A stretch of 64,000 nucleotides of DNA, taken from NCBI GenBank assembly GCA_965208125.1, contig OZ242320.1, positions 2,080,001-2,144,000 of the forward strand. Reading direction: 5' to 3'. The stretch comes from Candidatus Latescibacterota bacterium. Its GTDB lineage: Bacteria; Latescibacterota; UBA2968. The notes beneath the pieces are model-generated. The model ran no database searches. It was not told the origin of the DNA and saw only the letters and a list, made by a program, of their open reading frames with translations. Positions within the stretch are counted from its first letter, which is position 1. The number at the start of each line of letters is the position of its first letter. The position numbers were made by a program, and so were the translations under genes. Shown here piece by piece: positions 55,931 through 64,000 of this stretch.

Positions 55931-56689
55931 TCAGGCTGAAAATGCCTGAGTGAAATCTCGAAATGTGGTGCTGTATCCCAGTTGCCACTCGAAGATGTGC
56001 GTGCCGTAACGTGTAGCCAATTTTTCGGGATAGGTGCTGGGGGTTTCCACGCCGACAGTTCCGTCGCGCATGAGGATGCATTGATAGCCGCGGGCGAGCA
56101 TGTCTCTGGCTCCGCCTTCGGCACCGAGGATGCACATGTCGGTTGCAAATCCCGTGTAGATGAGGGTTGTGATGTCGCGCGTTTTGAGGTAGGTGTCGAG
56201 TGCGTCGGTGTAAAAGACGAGGGGTTCGTCTTGTATCGGAGAGACGATGGCTGCCCGTTTCATATTTGCGAGCGGGGATTTTGTGAGGTAGTTCGGGCCG
56301 TGCGCGCGGTTTCGCATGGTTTGTGCGCGGTTTTCTGGTTCTGGCTGTGATGTTTCTTTGCGTCGGGATGGGATGTGGGGATACTGATCCGCCATCCAAT
56401 CGGTTTCGACATGGCAGACGGGCATTCCGATTTTGCGGGCGAGGTCCATGGCGGGGCGTATGACTTCGACCATGATGCGCGCGGCTTCGGCAGTTGCTTG
56501 CGGCCAGCCCATGCCCACGCAGTAGTTGGGGTCGATTGCCGGACCATCTGGACAGCCGATGTTCCAGCAGTGCAGGCCTATGAGGGCGGTGTTTTTAACG
56601 GGTAATTCGAGGCTGATAGATTCGTAGCCAGGGGTGTCGATGGGCCGTGCGCGATAATACCGGGCGTTTAAGGAACAGGTGTGTGACAT
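55931..56689 (-). CDS. Isochorismatase/cysteine hydrolase family protein
   Basis: LIYTGFATDMCI, ARGYQCILMRD. Confidence 0.8.
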   Translation of the reverse strand: MSHTCSLNARYYRARPIDTPGYESISLELPVKNTALIGLHCWNIGCPDGPAIDPNYCVGMGWPQATAEAARIMVEVIRPAMDLARKIGMPVCHVETDWMADQYPHIPSRRKETSQPEPENRAQTMRNRAHGPNYLTKSPLANMKRAAIVSPIQDEPLVFYTDALDTYLKTRDITTLIYTGFATDMCILGAEGGARDMLARGYQCILMRDGTVGVETPSTYPEKLATRYGTHIFEWQLGYSTTFRDFTQAFSA

Positions 56690-56695
56690 GGTGCG

Positions 56696-57940
56696 TTAGA
56701 CTCGATTCTGGTCGGCGACGGTGGCGACTATTTGGGCGACGAGGTCGCAATGTTCGGGTTGGTATTTTTCGCAGAAGGTGGTCCAGCGGATGAAATTGTC
56801 GAGAAAGTCCCGGGCATTGGGACAGGTGTTTGCGCCATAAGTGTAGGTGTGGGATGCCGGGGGCTTGGAGAAGGGATAGAGGTGTTTTTCTGCTTTGTCT
56901 GTTAAAAAGGGCAGTGCGGCGGGCATGAGGTAGTATTTGCCGAGTCCCGCTCCGGTGAGTCCCGCGTCGGCGACTTGCTGTGCAAAGGATTCGGTGTCGC
57001 ATGTAAAAGCATTGGGATCGATGCTGAATCCGGCCATCCAGCAGGAATAGGTTTCCATGTAATCCGGTATGGATAGTGGGATGATGCCGGGGATTTCGGC
57101 GAGTTTGTCGGTGATGAGGCGAATCATGCGGTCGATATGTGCAACGGCTGGCCGGATGATTTCGAGTTGTGCGAGGGTGATGGCGGCGGTCGATTGGGTT
57201 ATGCGAAGCGCGTATCCATTTACGGCGTGTACGCGTCCCAGTCCCTCAACCATTTGCCCGCCTCTGCTTTGACCGACGAACCGAATTTGTTCGGCGAGTT
57301 CATCGTCGTCTGTAATGACACAGCCGCCGACGTCAGAGCCGAGTGTTTTTTCGGAGTCGAATGAGAAGGCGGCGACATCGCCGAGGGTGCCTGCAAGGCG
57401 GTCTTTGTACGTGCCAAATACGGCCTGACATACGTCTTCAATGACGGTCAGGCCGTGTTTTTTTGCCAGAGCGTAGATGGGGTCCATGTCGCAGATGAGG
57501 CCGGTTATGTGGACGGCGAGTATGGCTCGCGTGCGGTTGGTGATACAGGGTGCTATGGTGCGGGCGCTGATGAGCGGTGTGCCGGGTTCGGCGTCGGGGA
57601 AGACGGGGATGTAGTTTTCTTTTAGCAGGCCCATGACCGTGCCGTAGTCGGTGATGGGCGATACGATGATTTCATCGCCGGGTTCGAGATCGAGCGCGGC
57701 TGCGAGGATGTTGAGTGCTGCGGTGCATCCGGGCGTGCCGATGCAGTGTTTGATGCCCATTTCGCTTTCGAAAGCGGCTTCAAATCGCCGAACCATGTCG
57801 CATTGCAGGCCCGAGGAGACGACTTCCTGGAGGTATGTCTGGCAGTTTGGACCCATGGTGCGCGGAAAGGGTTGGGGCAAGCTGCCCACAAGTCCATCAA
57901 ATGCTTCGGCACCGTATTTTGCGCGTTCTTGAATAGACAT
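56696..57940 (-). CDS. DegT/DnrJ/EryC1/StrS PLP aminotransferase
   Basis: PGDEIIV, VHITG..CDM, IEDVCQA, FSFDSEKTL; start at MSIQERAK. Confidence 0.9.
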   Translation of the reverse strand: MSIQERAKYGAEAFDGLVGSLPQPFPRTMGPNCQTYLQEVVSSGLQCDMVRRFEAAFESEMGIKHCIGTPGCTAALNILAAALDLEPGDEIIVSPITDYGTVMGLLKENYIPVFPDAEPGTPLISARTIAPCITNRTRAILAVHITGLICDMDPIYALAKKHGLTVIEDVCQAVFGTYKDRLAGTLGDVAAFSFDSEKTLGSDVGGCVITDDDELAEQIRFVGQSRGGQMVEGLGRVHAVNGYALRITQSTAAITLAQLEIIRPAVAHIDRMIRLITDKLAEIPGIIPLSIPDYMETYSCWMAGFSIDPNAFTCDTESFAQQVADAGLTGAGLGKYYLMPAALPFLTDKAEKHLYPFSKPPASHTYTYGANTCPNARDFLDNFIRWTTFCEKYQPEHCDLVAQIVATVADQNRV

Positions 57941-57941
57941 G

Positions 57942-59927
57942 TTACCACCTGTGTACGTAATGCCCTTGCCCGGAAAACCACAGGGCATCGACAGCGAAAG
58001 ACAGCGCGACCCCCAGGCCATAGCCGGTGAGCAAACCGATGAAGAAGGGCTGAAAACGGCGGTAAGCAGAAACACCGCCGAAGTGCAGTACGAATAATTT
58101 GAATGCCCAAATAATAAAAATTGAAACCTGATTGCTGCGGGCGACATTGGTGCTGCAAACCGTCAGACCAATGGGATGCAAAGGCCACCAGAAGAAGCGG
58201 TATTGCAAGAATGTGAGCAGTCCCATCAGCACTGCGCCGCCGCCAAAAAATCCCATTCTTTGCCAGTCGGGACCAAAGGGATTGACAATTTTGCTGAGGA
58301 TGACCGGATAGATTCGGTTGGTTCCCGATTTGAGGGGTATGTCGTTGAAATTGAAGGCCCCTCTTTCATAACTCAGGGGAATAACATAGAAAATAAATGT
58401 TAGACAGCCGACGAGCAATCCCAAAAATACTGCGCTGAGGAGTTTGCGATGGTCGGTTTTGATCCATTCAGACAATTTGGCAATGTGGATCAATGCGGGC
58501 ATAAACAGACCGCGAATATAGTTGGTGAGCGCATAGGAAAGGGCGAGCGATGTCATCGTGGGCGTTGAAAGGGCGTGTGCGCCCAGAGAGTAAATGGTGA
58601 AAACTTGTGCGCTGATCGGGGCCTGCACAAAGAGGATGCCGGTTTGAGCGACGACACGCGCTACGCCTATGTAAATGACAAAGGTAGCCGCAGTGTAAAA
58701 GGCGATGGCTGAAAAGGCCATGCCGGATTGGTATAACCAGATAATAATAAAAAGCGTTCCGAAAAACAGGCCCAAAATAGCGTTCCGATAAGACATGAGT
58801 TCCCCGCTGTCGTCTATGGGGTATTGCGGATTTACGGCTTTGAGGAAGACGGCTTTGAGGTGGTGGCGAGAGATGTACAATCCCCAAAAAACGAAAAAAC
58901 ACAGCGCGCCAAAACACAACCAGCCCGCGCCGGAAAAGTGAAGCGCGCCATAGGGATCGCCACGGCCGGGCATATCAAATCCGATGCGATTTAAGAGGCC
59001 ACCTGGAATCTGATAAAAAAGAAGATGGAAGAACCACATGCTGAATAGCACATCGAGGTTGGCAAAATAGGCAAAGCCCATGATATAGATATTGAATCGG
59101 GGGAAGATGGGAGGATAGCCTTTGGCAAAATAGAAAAAGGGAAGTGTCAGCTTAATATCGGGTACAAGAGGAAAGAAGAAATGGAAGATATTATAGGAGA
59201 GGATGCCGGATGACAGTGCAAATCCCGCCCAGTACAGGCCCCTGTATTGAAGGGATTTATCGCGTGCGGGTTCTGTGGAAACGACATGCAGTGCGGGGCT
59301 TAACAGGGGAAATGTCAGGCGTTCATTTTCTGACCACTGACGGCGCAAGATGACTGCAACGCAGGCCGAGACAAAGACAATGGCAATGATAAACACGAGC
59401 CACCAGAAAAGAGGGGCAATCCATATAGACCAGGGGATTGGCGTGCCGGGCAGTGCGCCTTCGTAAAAATCGCGCATTGCGCCGCCGGTATTGGGCGGCA
59501 CCAAATAGGTGGGGAGGTGGGCGTGGAAGAATTCGGCCCAGCGGTTTTCTGGCGTGGCAAAGTAATACGGTGTGGCAATGGTTCCCAGGAGAAAACCGAG
59601 CACGCCTGAGCCGGGTACCACGCCGCCTGCAAGCCCCATTGCGATAATGACCAGTTGTTCAGAGGGGGTTAAAAGGAAGGCGGAGTTCAAAGTTGACAGC
59701 AGGGGGTTGAGCAGGTAGCGGATGAGGAGAAAGAGGATGAATACAGCGACTGGAAAATGGCTGAGGTTCATGCGCGAAGCCCGCACGATATATTCTGAAT
59801 AGGGTATCCAGAGGTTGATCAGAACAACGAGCGCGAGACCCAATACAACGGCGCGAAGACTTACGCCACTTGTCAGGTACTCGGACAGGGGTTCTGACCT
59901 GTATTGTGGGGCTGGCGTTTTTGCCAT
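57942..59927 (-). CDS. Large polytopic membrane protein (DUF6785/DUF6784-like, putative transporter)
   Basis: Many transmembrane segments; ILRRQWSENERLTFPL, WWPLHPIG, PFFIGL. Confidence 0.75.
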   Translation of the reverse strand: MAKTPAPQYRSEPLSEYLTSGVSLRAVVLGLALVVLINLWIPYSEYIVRASRMNLSHFPVAVFILFLLIRYLLNPLLSTLNSAFLLTPSEQLVIIAMGLAGGVVPGSGVLGFLLGTIATPYYFATPENRWAEFFHAHLPTYLVPPNTGGAMRDFYEGALPGTPIPWSIWIAPLFWWLVFIIAIVFVSACVAVILRRQWSENERLTFPLLSPALHVVSTEPARDKSLQYRGLYWAGFALSSGILSYNIFHFFFPLVPDIKLTLPFFYFAKGYPPIFPRFNIYIMGFAYFANLDVLFSMWFFHLLFYQIPGGLLNRIGFDMPGRGDPYGALHFSGAGWLCFGALCFFVFWGLYISRHHLKAVFLKAVNPQYPIDDSGELMSYRNAILGLFFGTLFIIIWLYQSGMAFSAIAFYTAATFVIYIGVARVVAQTGILFVQAPISAQVFTIYSLGAHALSTPTMTSLALSYALTNYIRGLFMPALIHIAKLSEWIKTDHRKLLSAVFLGLLVGCLTFIFYVIPLSYERGAFNFNDIPLKSGTNRIYPVILSKIVNPFGPDWQRMGFFGGGAVLMGLLTFLQYRFFWWPLHPIGLTVCSTNVARSNQVSIFIIWAFKLFVLHFGGVSAYRRFQPFFIGLLTGYGLGVALSFAVDALWFSGQGHYVHRW

Positions 59928-59943
59928 AGGTCTGGTGGCTTGC

Positions 59944-61314
59944 TTATGGCGGAGAAAATGCCTCAGCTGGCAGCGATGTCGGGTCGGTCTGATCGCCGAT
60001 AGCTTGTTGGTCTCGCCAGTTGGGATTGTAGCGTTCTCCTGGCATGGTGGAGTGGATCATTTCATAAACACCGTCTCCAAGGCGATCCAGAAATACAAAC
60101 TCGTAGTAGTTGAGATGTTCGTAGGTCCAAATTTCAAAGGCTTTGCCCGTGGCACTGAATGGGTTGCGCTCGATGTCTGTCGGCAAGCCGTATTTGATGT
60201 GGATGCGCCCTTGATCGGTATCCGATCCTTTTTGTCCGGGACGCGCAGAGAAGTGTTCGTCTGCATAGCGAATGCGCCTGAAATGTTCTGTGGCAAATTC
60301 GTTTTCGGGTGTGAGAGGCGTTGGGTCGCGTTTTTTCCAGAAAGAAAGAATAAATTCTACTTTCTCGGCGGCGCTTAAGGAGGCATAAGTTTCGCGTTCG
60401 GTTTTTGTAGCGATATAGCGAATTTGTTTGTAATAGCGTTTTAAGGAGGCGGGATCTGTTGCCAGTGCGGGTTTTTGTACAGAAAAGGCCCGTTGGCGCG
60501 TGGTCATTTTGCCCGTGCCGTTATCGCGGGCAGTGATTTTTAGGACATACTGCCCTGGCATTATGTCCTCAATGTTGAGGGATTCAGTTTTGATAGCGGT
60601 TGTGCCGGGTTTGCGGTAGCGCGCCGAGGGAAAGTTTTTGATCCGCTGTCCCGCGGTATCCAGGAGGGCATAGGCGAGGTCGAAAGTTGCAGCGCGTCCC
60701 TCGCCTGTGGCAAGACCGTAGAGTTCAAAGTAGATGTTTAAGGTCGTCGCGATTGACCTGCGCGCATTGGGAACGATTTTGAATCCGTTCTTGACCAGAT
60801 TTCTGGCGGTCTGTGTGTTTGTGGCGTCAATCCGATGGGCAAACTGGATGTCGCTCATGGTCGGGGTGGCGTTGTCAAAATCGGGCATTGTAAAGGCGAG
60901 TTCACAGGTGCTTTCGGCATTGGCCTGTAAATCTTTCAGGCGAACGCGAACCCCATAGGTGCCGGGAGCAATTCTGAAGCTCAGTGCCTCTGTAATCATT
61001 TGATCGCGCAGGTCTGTTCCCGAGTCTGTGACGATCTGTTTTTCCCATTTGAAGGGCATACTATCGCGCCTGGAAAAAAAGGTGGCTTCTACGCGATAGG
61101 CAGCCCGCTGGCGGTCGTTCAATTCACTGAAGGTGAGGTGCCGACACGGGCATTGGAGATACAGTTCGCCGTAGTTCAGGCTGTCTGGCGTATCAAAACC
61201 CGCTCTGTCGATCCAAAATGGAATGGCACCTCGCGCCATGACGGGAATATCTTCTCCCGAAATTGGCGCGAGGAGAGCCTGTGCGAGACACAGCGACAAT
61301 AGGATATGTTTCAT
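59944..61314 (-). CDS. GWxTD-domain protein
   Basis: FWKKRDPTPLTPENE...RRIRYADEHF...GSDTDQGRIHIKYG...EIWTY; signal peptide. Confidence 0.88.
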   Translation of the reverse strand: MKHILLSLCLAQALLAPISGEDIPVMARGAIPFWIDRAGFDTPDSLNYGELYLQCPCRHLTFSELNDRQRAAYRVEATFFSRRDSMPFKWEKQIVTDSGTDLRDQMITEALSFRIAPGTYGVRVRLKDLQANAESTCELAFTMPDFDNATPTMSDIQFAHRIDATNTQTARNLVKNGFKIVPNARRSIATTLNIYFELYGLATGEGRAATFDLAYALLDTAGQRIKNFPSARYRKPGTTAIKTESLNIEDIMPGQYVLKITARDNGTGKMTTRQRAFSVQKPALATDPASLKRYYKQIRYIATKTERETYASLSAAEKVEFILSFWKKRDPTPLTPENEFATEHFRRIRYADEHFSARPGQKGSDTDQGRIHIKYGLPTDIERNPFSATGKAFEIWTYEHLNYYEFVFLDRLGDGVYEMIHSTMPGERYNPNWRDQQAIGDQTDPTSLPAEAFSPP

Positions 61315-61322
61315 ATCGCAAC

Positions 61323-62264
61323 TCAGAAGGAACCGCCGATATTTATCCGATAGGTGGGATCCAATAACTCGCCCATGTCACTATATGCAAAATCTACGGT
61401 GAAGGGGCGCTCATTGACCGAGTATTTGAGGCCAAAACCAAGGGCAAAACTCTCGGTGTCGTTATTGAATTTCCAGCCACCGCGCAGTGCGAGAATATTG
61501 TGCAACCAGAGTTCGGCACCCGTGTGAATGCGGCCTTCAAAATCGACAAAGAAGGCATTTTCCGCAGATAGGGTAAGCGAAACTGGATCGCCCAGATTGC
61601 CATAGAGTTCCATTGAAGCCGCGATGCTGTAGATGAGGGGGCGGAAGGCCGTATCGTCGATGATGACGATATCCTGTCCGAAATTCTTCAGCGTCATGGC
61701 CAAACGCAAAGATCGGAACCCGGTGTAAAAGAGCGTGCCTATGGAGATATCCAGACCGCTGTTGACATCGGTATAGAGCGTCTCTCGAATATACCGGCCC
61801 TGGGCGCCAAATGACAATCGGTCGGTGAATTTGATGGCATAAGTCAAGCCAACGGCAAAGTCGCTGTCTTTAATGATAGTGCCCGTGCCATTGGGCTGGA
61901 AAATGGTGGTTTCTTCAAATTCATCGGGTGTGAAAGACAAGACCGTGATGCCTATGGTCTGCGTGCCCAGGTTGTAGGCAAAAGCACCCGAATAAAATTT
62001 GGAATTGACCATCCACTTGTTGTATCCCAGGCTAAAAGCGGCGCGGTCGATTTGCGTGATGCCCGCTGGATTCCAGAACATGGCATCGATACCTGTGCCC
62101 ACTGCGGTGTACGCATCGCCCATGGCAACTGCGCGCGCGCTTTGGGAGACTTTGAGGAAGGTGAATCCGGCATTGCCGAGTTTTTTGAGCCCGGCCTCTG
62201 CGCCTGTTGCCGATAGGGCAAAGGCAGTGAAGACCAGGACGAGTGTTGTTTGTAAGCGTTTCAC
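61323..62264 (-). CDS. PorV/PorQ-family outer-membrane beta-barrel
   Basis: FLKVSQSARAVAMGDAY...FWNPAG; terminal Phe. Confidence 0.88.
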   Translation of the reverse strand: MKRLQTTLVLVFTAFALSATGAEAGLKKLGNAGFTFLKVSQSARAVAMGDAYTAVGTGIDAMFWNPAGITQIDRAAFSLGYNKWMVNSKFYSGAFAYNLGTQTIGITVLSFTPDEFEETTIFQPNGTGTIIKDSDFAVGLTYAIKFTDRLSFGAQGRYIRETLYTDVNSGLDISIGTLFYTGFRSLRLAMTLKNFGQDIVIIDDTAFRPLIYSIAASMELYGNLGDPVSLTLSAENAFFVDFEGRIHTGAELWLHNILALRGGWKFNNDTESFALGFGLKYSVNERPFTVDFAYSDMGELLDPTYRINIGGSF

Positions 62265-62280
62265 GTGTTCCTCCTTTGCG

Positions 62281-64000
62281 CTATTTGATGATCATAAACA
62301 TCCCGGTCTGCTTTTTGCCCGTTTCGCCAGCAACCAGAGATTCTACCACGTAGTAGTAGCGTCCGGCGGCGACGCGCCCGGAAAATGTACGCGTGCGCTG
62401 ATCCCAGGTGGCTTCGCCCCTGTCGGGGTCGGTGGTGCGCTGTGGGTGGTTGATGACGGCGATCAAGTCTCCGGAGATTGAAAAGATGGAGATTTTTGCC
62501 TTTCGGGGTATGTTGACAAAGCGAATATTGTTGCTGGCAGGTGGATACCGGTGATCGGCATCTCCAGGATCGTCCCTAAAGGGATTGGGGACTACGCGCA
62601 CCTGTTCGGATAGTGCATCTTTTTCAGGGGTTGCAATCACTATGGGGCTTCTGGAGACATTCATGCGCTGTTCGGGTGCACTGTGCCCGGATTCCAGGGA
62701 TGGAATGGCTCGGCCTGTGCCGTTCCAGTCGCTGTGTCCGGAATCGTATGTGCGCACCGAATACCAGTATCTGAAACCGGGCACTGACTCTACGTCTCGA
62801 TAGGTGTAGGTTCCTCCGTCGGCGTAGGAAATCGTGGGAGAAGTCCAGGGCGTGCCGGGGTCATACTCCGTATTGGTCGGGGTAGTTCCTTTGGGGATAT
62901 CAGCCACAAGTTCCCAGGGTCCCAGATGGTTGTTCTGGGTGCGATAGACCCGGTAGCCTTGCACATCCAGAGCTTCGGTGCCCGTGTAATCTGGATCGGG
63001 GGACTTTTCAGCCCGGTCAGACCATGTGATGGCGTTGTTCCCGTTTTCGTCGCTATCTACAAATACGGCAACATCGGGAGGCGCGTCGGGCAGATCGTAA
63101 TTGTTGTCGTAGGCAAACTGGGCGCGTTCCAGATGCTGTGCCATCGCGCGTTCGCCGTCGGCGACCTGACTCTGGTTGCCCTGGCGCGCCCATTCGTAAA
63201 CATCCATCGGACTGCCGCCGGGGCCAGCAAATTCGGCACCCGATCCGGCGACCCAGGCGATCACGACTTTGGCTTTTTCACCGGGGGCCAGATCATAAGG
63301 TCCATAAGTGTGTGCGAAGGTTACGCGGCTGACTTTGGAGGGATTATCCTGGACGGCCGGAACTCTACCCAAACCAATAAATTCATTGTAGAGATTCTCG
63401 TCGCTATTCAAGTTGGTAATATCTGGCGTGTCCCAATCGAAGCGCCCGTAGATCTCCCACCAGTTGACGAAGGCGGGCTGATCCATTGTTTTGGGGGCCA
63501 CGTAGGTCTCGTTGTCGTTGGTGAACCCGTCGGTGGGATCGTAATCCAGAGGTGCCAGGCCGATGTACTGGAAAGCCATAAGTTCGCCGTGGTTGAGCTG
63601 GCCCCGGTTAATATAGGCTGCCTGGGCGTTGTTCTTATCGAAAGGCTGGCCCGTATCATCTCCGGCAGAAGAGAGCAGATCGCTGTCATAGACGTATGAG
63701 ATTTTCTTGCCACGGAGATCGGCCAGGCCATCGAAGTTGGAGGCTTCGCTGTATTTGTACCAGTCGTCCAGGATGATCGGGTCAGAATACGCCCACGGTA
63801 CGGTCTGGTTTTGCCAGCGGTGTCCGGCCCACGATGGGGCAAGGTTGTTCACAAAGGCGAAATAGACATCCTTGTGATCAACAGGTAGGCCTGCATCGGG
63901 TATGCCATCTCCGTTGTTATCTCCGGTGTTTTCGATGATGACTTCGAGAATGATAAAGTCGTCGTAGTCCGGATAGCTCCACGCTCTGGCTTTGCGGGTA
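62281..64000 (-). CDS. Large secreted protein with FN3-like domain and T9SS-type-A-like C-terminal domain (5' end outside the window)
   Basis: Frame open to the window edge (RAWSYPDYDDFIILE); GYRVYR; VRVVPNPF...ISIFSISGDLI...WD...AAGRYYY...FMIIK. Confidence 0.85.
   Translation of the reverse strand, partial: TRKARAWSYPDYDDFIILEVIIENTGDNNGDGIPDAGLPVDHKDVYFAFVNNLAPSWAGHRWQNQTVPWAYSDPIILDDWYKYSEASNFDGLADLRGKKISYVYDSDLLSSAGDDTGQPFDKNNAQAAYINRGQLNHGELMAFQYIGLAPLDYDPTDGFTNDNETYVAPKTMDQPAFVNWWEIYGRFDWDTPDITNLNSDENLYNEFIGLGRVPAVQDNPSKVSRVTFAHTYGPYDLAPGEKAKVVIAWVAGSGAEFAGPGGSPMDVYEWARQGNQSQVADGERAMAQHLERAQFAYDNNYDLPDAPPDVAVFVDSDENGNNAITWSDRAEKSPDPDYTGTEALDVQGYRVYRTQNNHLGPWELVADIPKGTTPTNTEYDPGTPWTSPTISYADGGTYTYRDVESVPGFRYWYSVRTYDSGHSDWNGTGRAIPSLESGHSAPEQRMNVSRSPIVIATPEKDALSEQVRVVPNPFRDDPGDADHRYPPASNNIRFVNIPRKAKISIFSISGDLIAVINHPQRTTDPDRGEATWDQRTRTFSGRVAAGRYYYVVESLVAGETGKKQTGMFMIIK

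Noticed and set aside
54846-55949. 367-aa plus-strand ORF
   Set aside because: It is antisense to the deacetylase gene and starts inside a repeat
55917-58147. Long N-terminal extensions of the deacetylase (to 56399) and DegT (to 58147) ORFs
   Set aside because: They overlap upstream genes; internal ATGs at 55916 and 57940 fit the operon spacing and family starts

Overview
A 64 kb bacterial chromosomal window of moderate GC. The gene content (PorV-family protein, GWxTD protein, CTD-bearing surface protein, PhyH dioxygenases, internalin-like LRR proteins) suggests an FCB-group organism such as Latescibacterota, possibly host-associated; this is inference only. All product calls come from recognising motifs by eye, with no database searches. 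Left to right: (1) 1-14.7 kb, six MacB/FtsX-type permease paralogues with two sigma-54 promoters that share a 42-bp enhancer-like element, an embedded ECF sigma gene and an inserted HigBA-like TA pair. (2) An MFS transporter, a coiled-coil repeat protein and a PhyH/enolase/fucU catabolic operon. (3) A Cys-rich GAF two-component system with a Rieske protein, then a second ECF sigma with a structured leader. (4) 27.4-34.9 kb, an accessory patch of broken toxin-antitoxin modules, nucleotidyltransferases, a frameshifted NYN RNase behind a small structured RNA, and a strict 14-bp-period repeat lattice. (5) Housekeeping genes pdxH, pdxJ, tig (His-rich insert), clpP, clpX, engB, serA and purA. (6) An amber-interrupted nuclease-like gene with a helical partner, an AcuI-like reductase, a UbiD-family gene and tandem LRR genes. 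(7) A minus-strand operon running CTD protein, PorV, GWxTD, large membrane protein, DegT, isochorismatase, deacetylase. No rRNA, tRNA, CRISPR array, integrase or transposase was seen.
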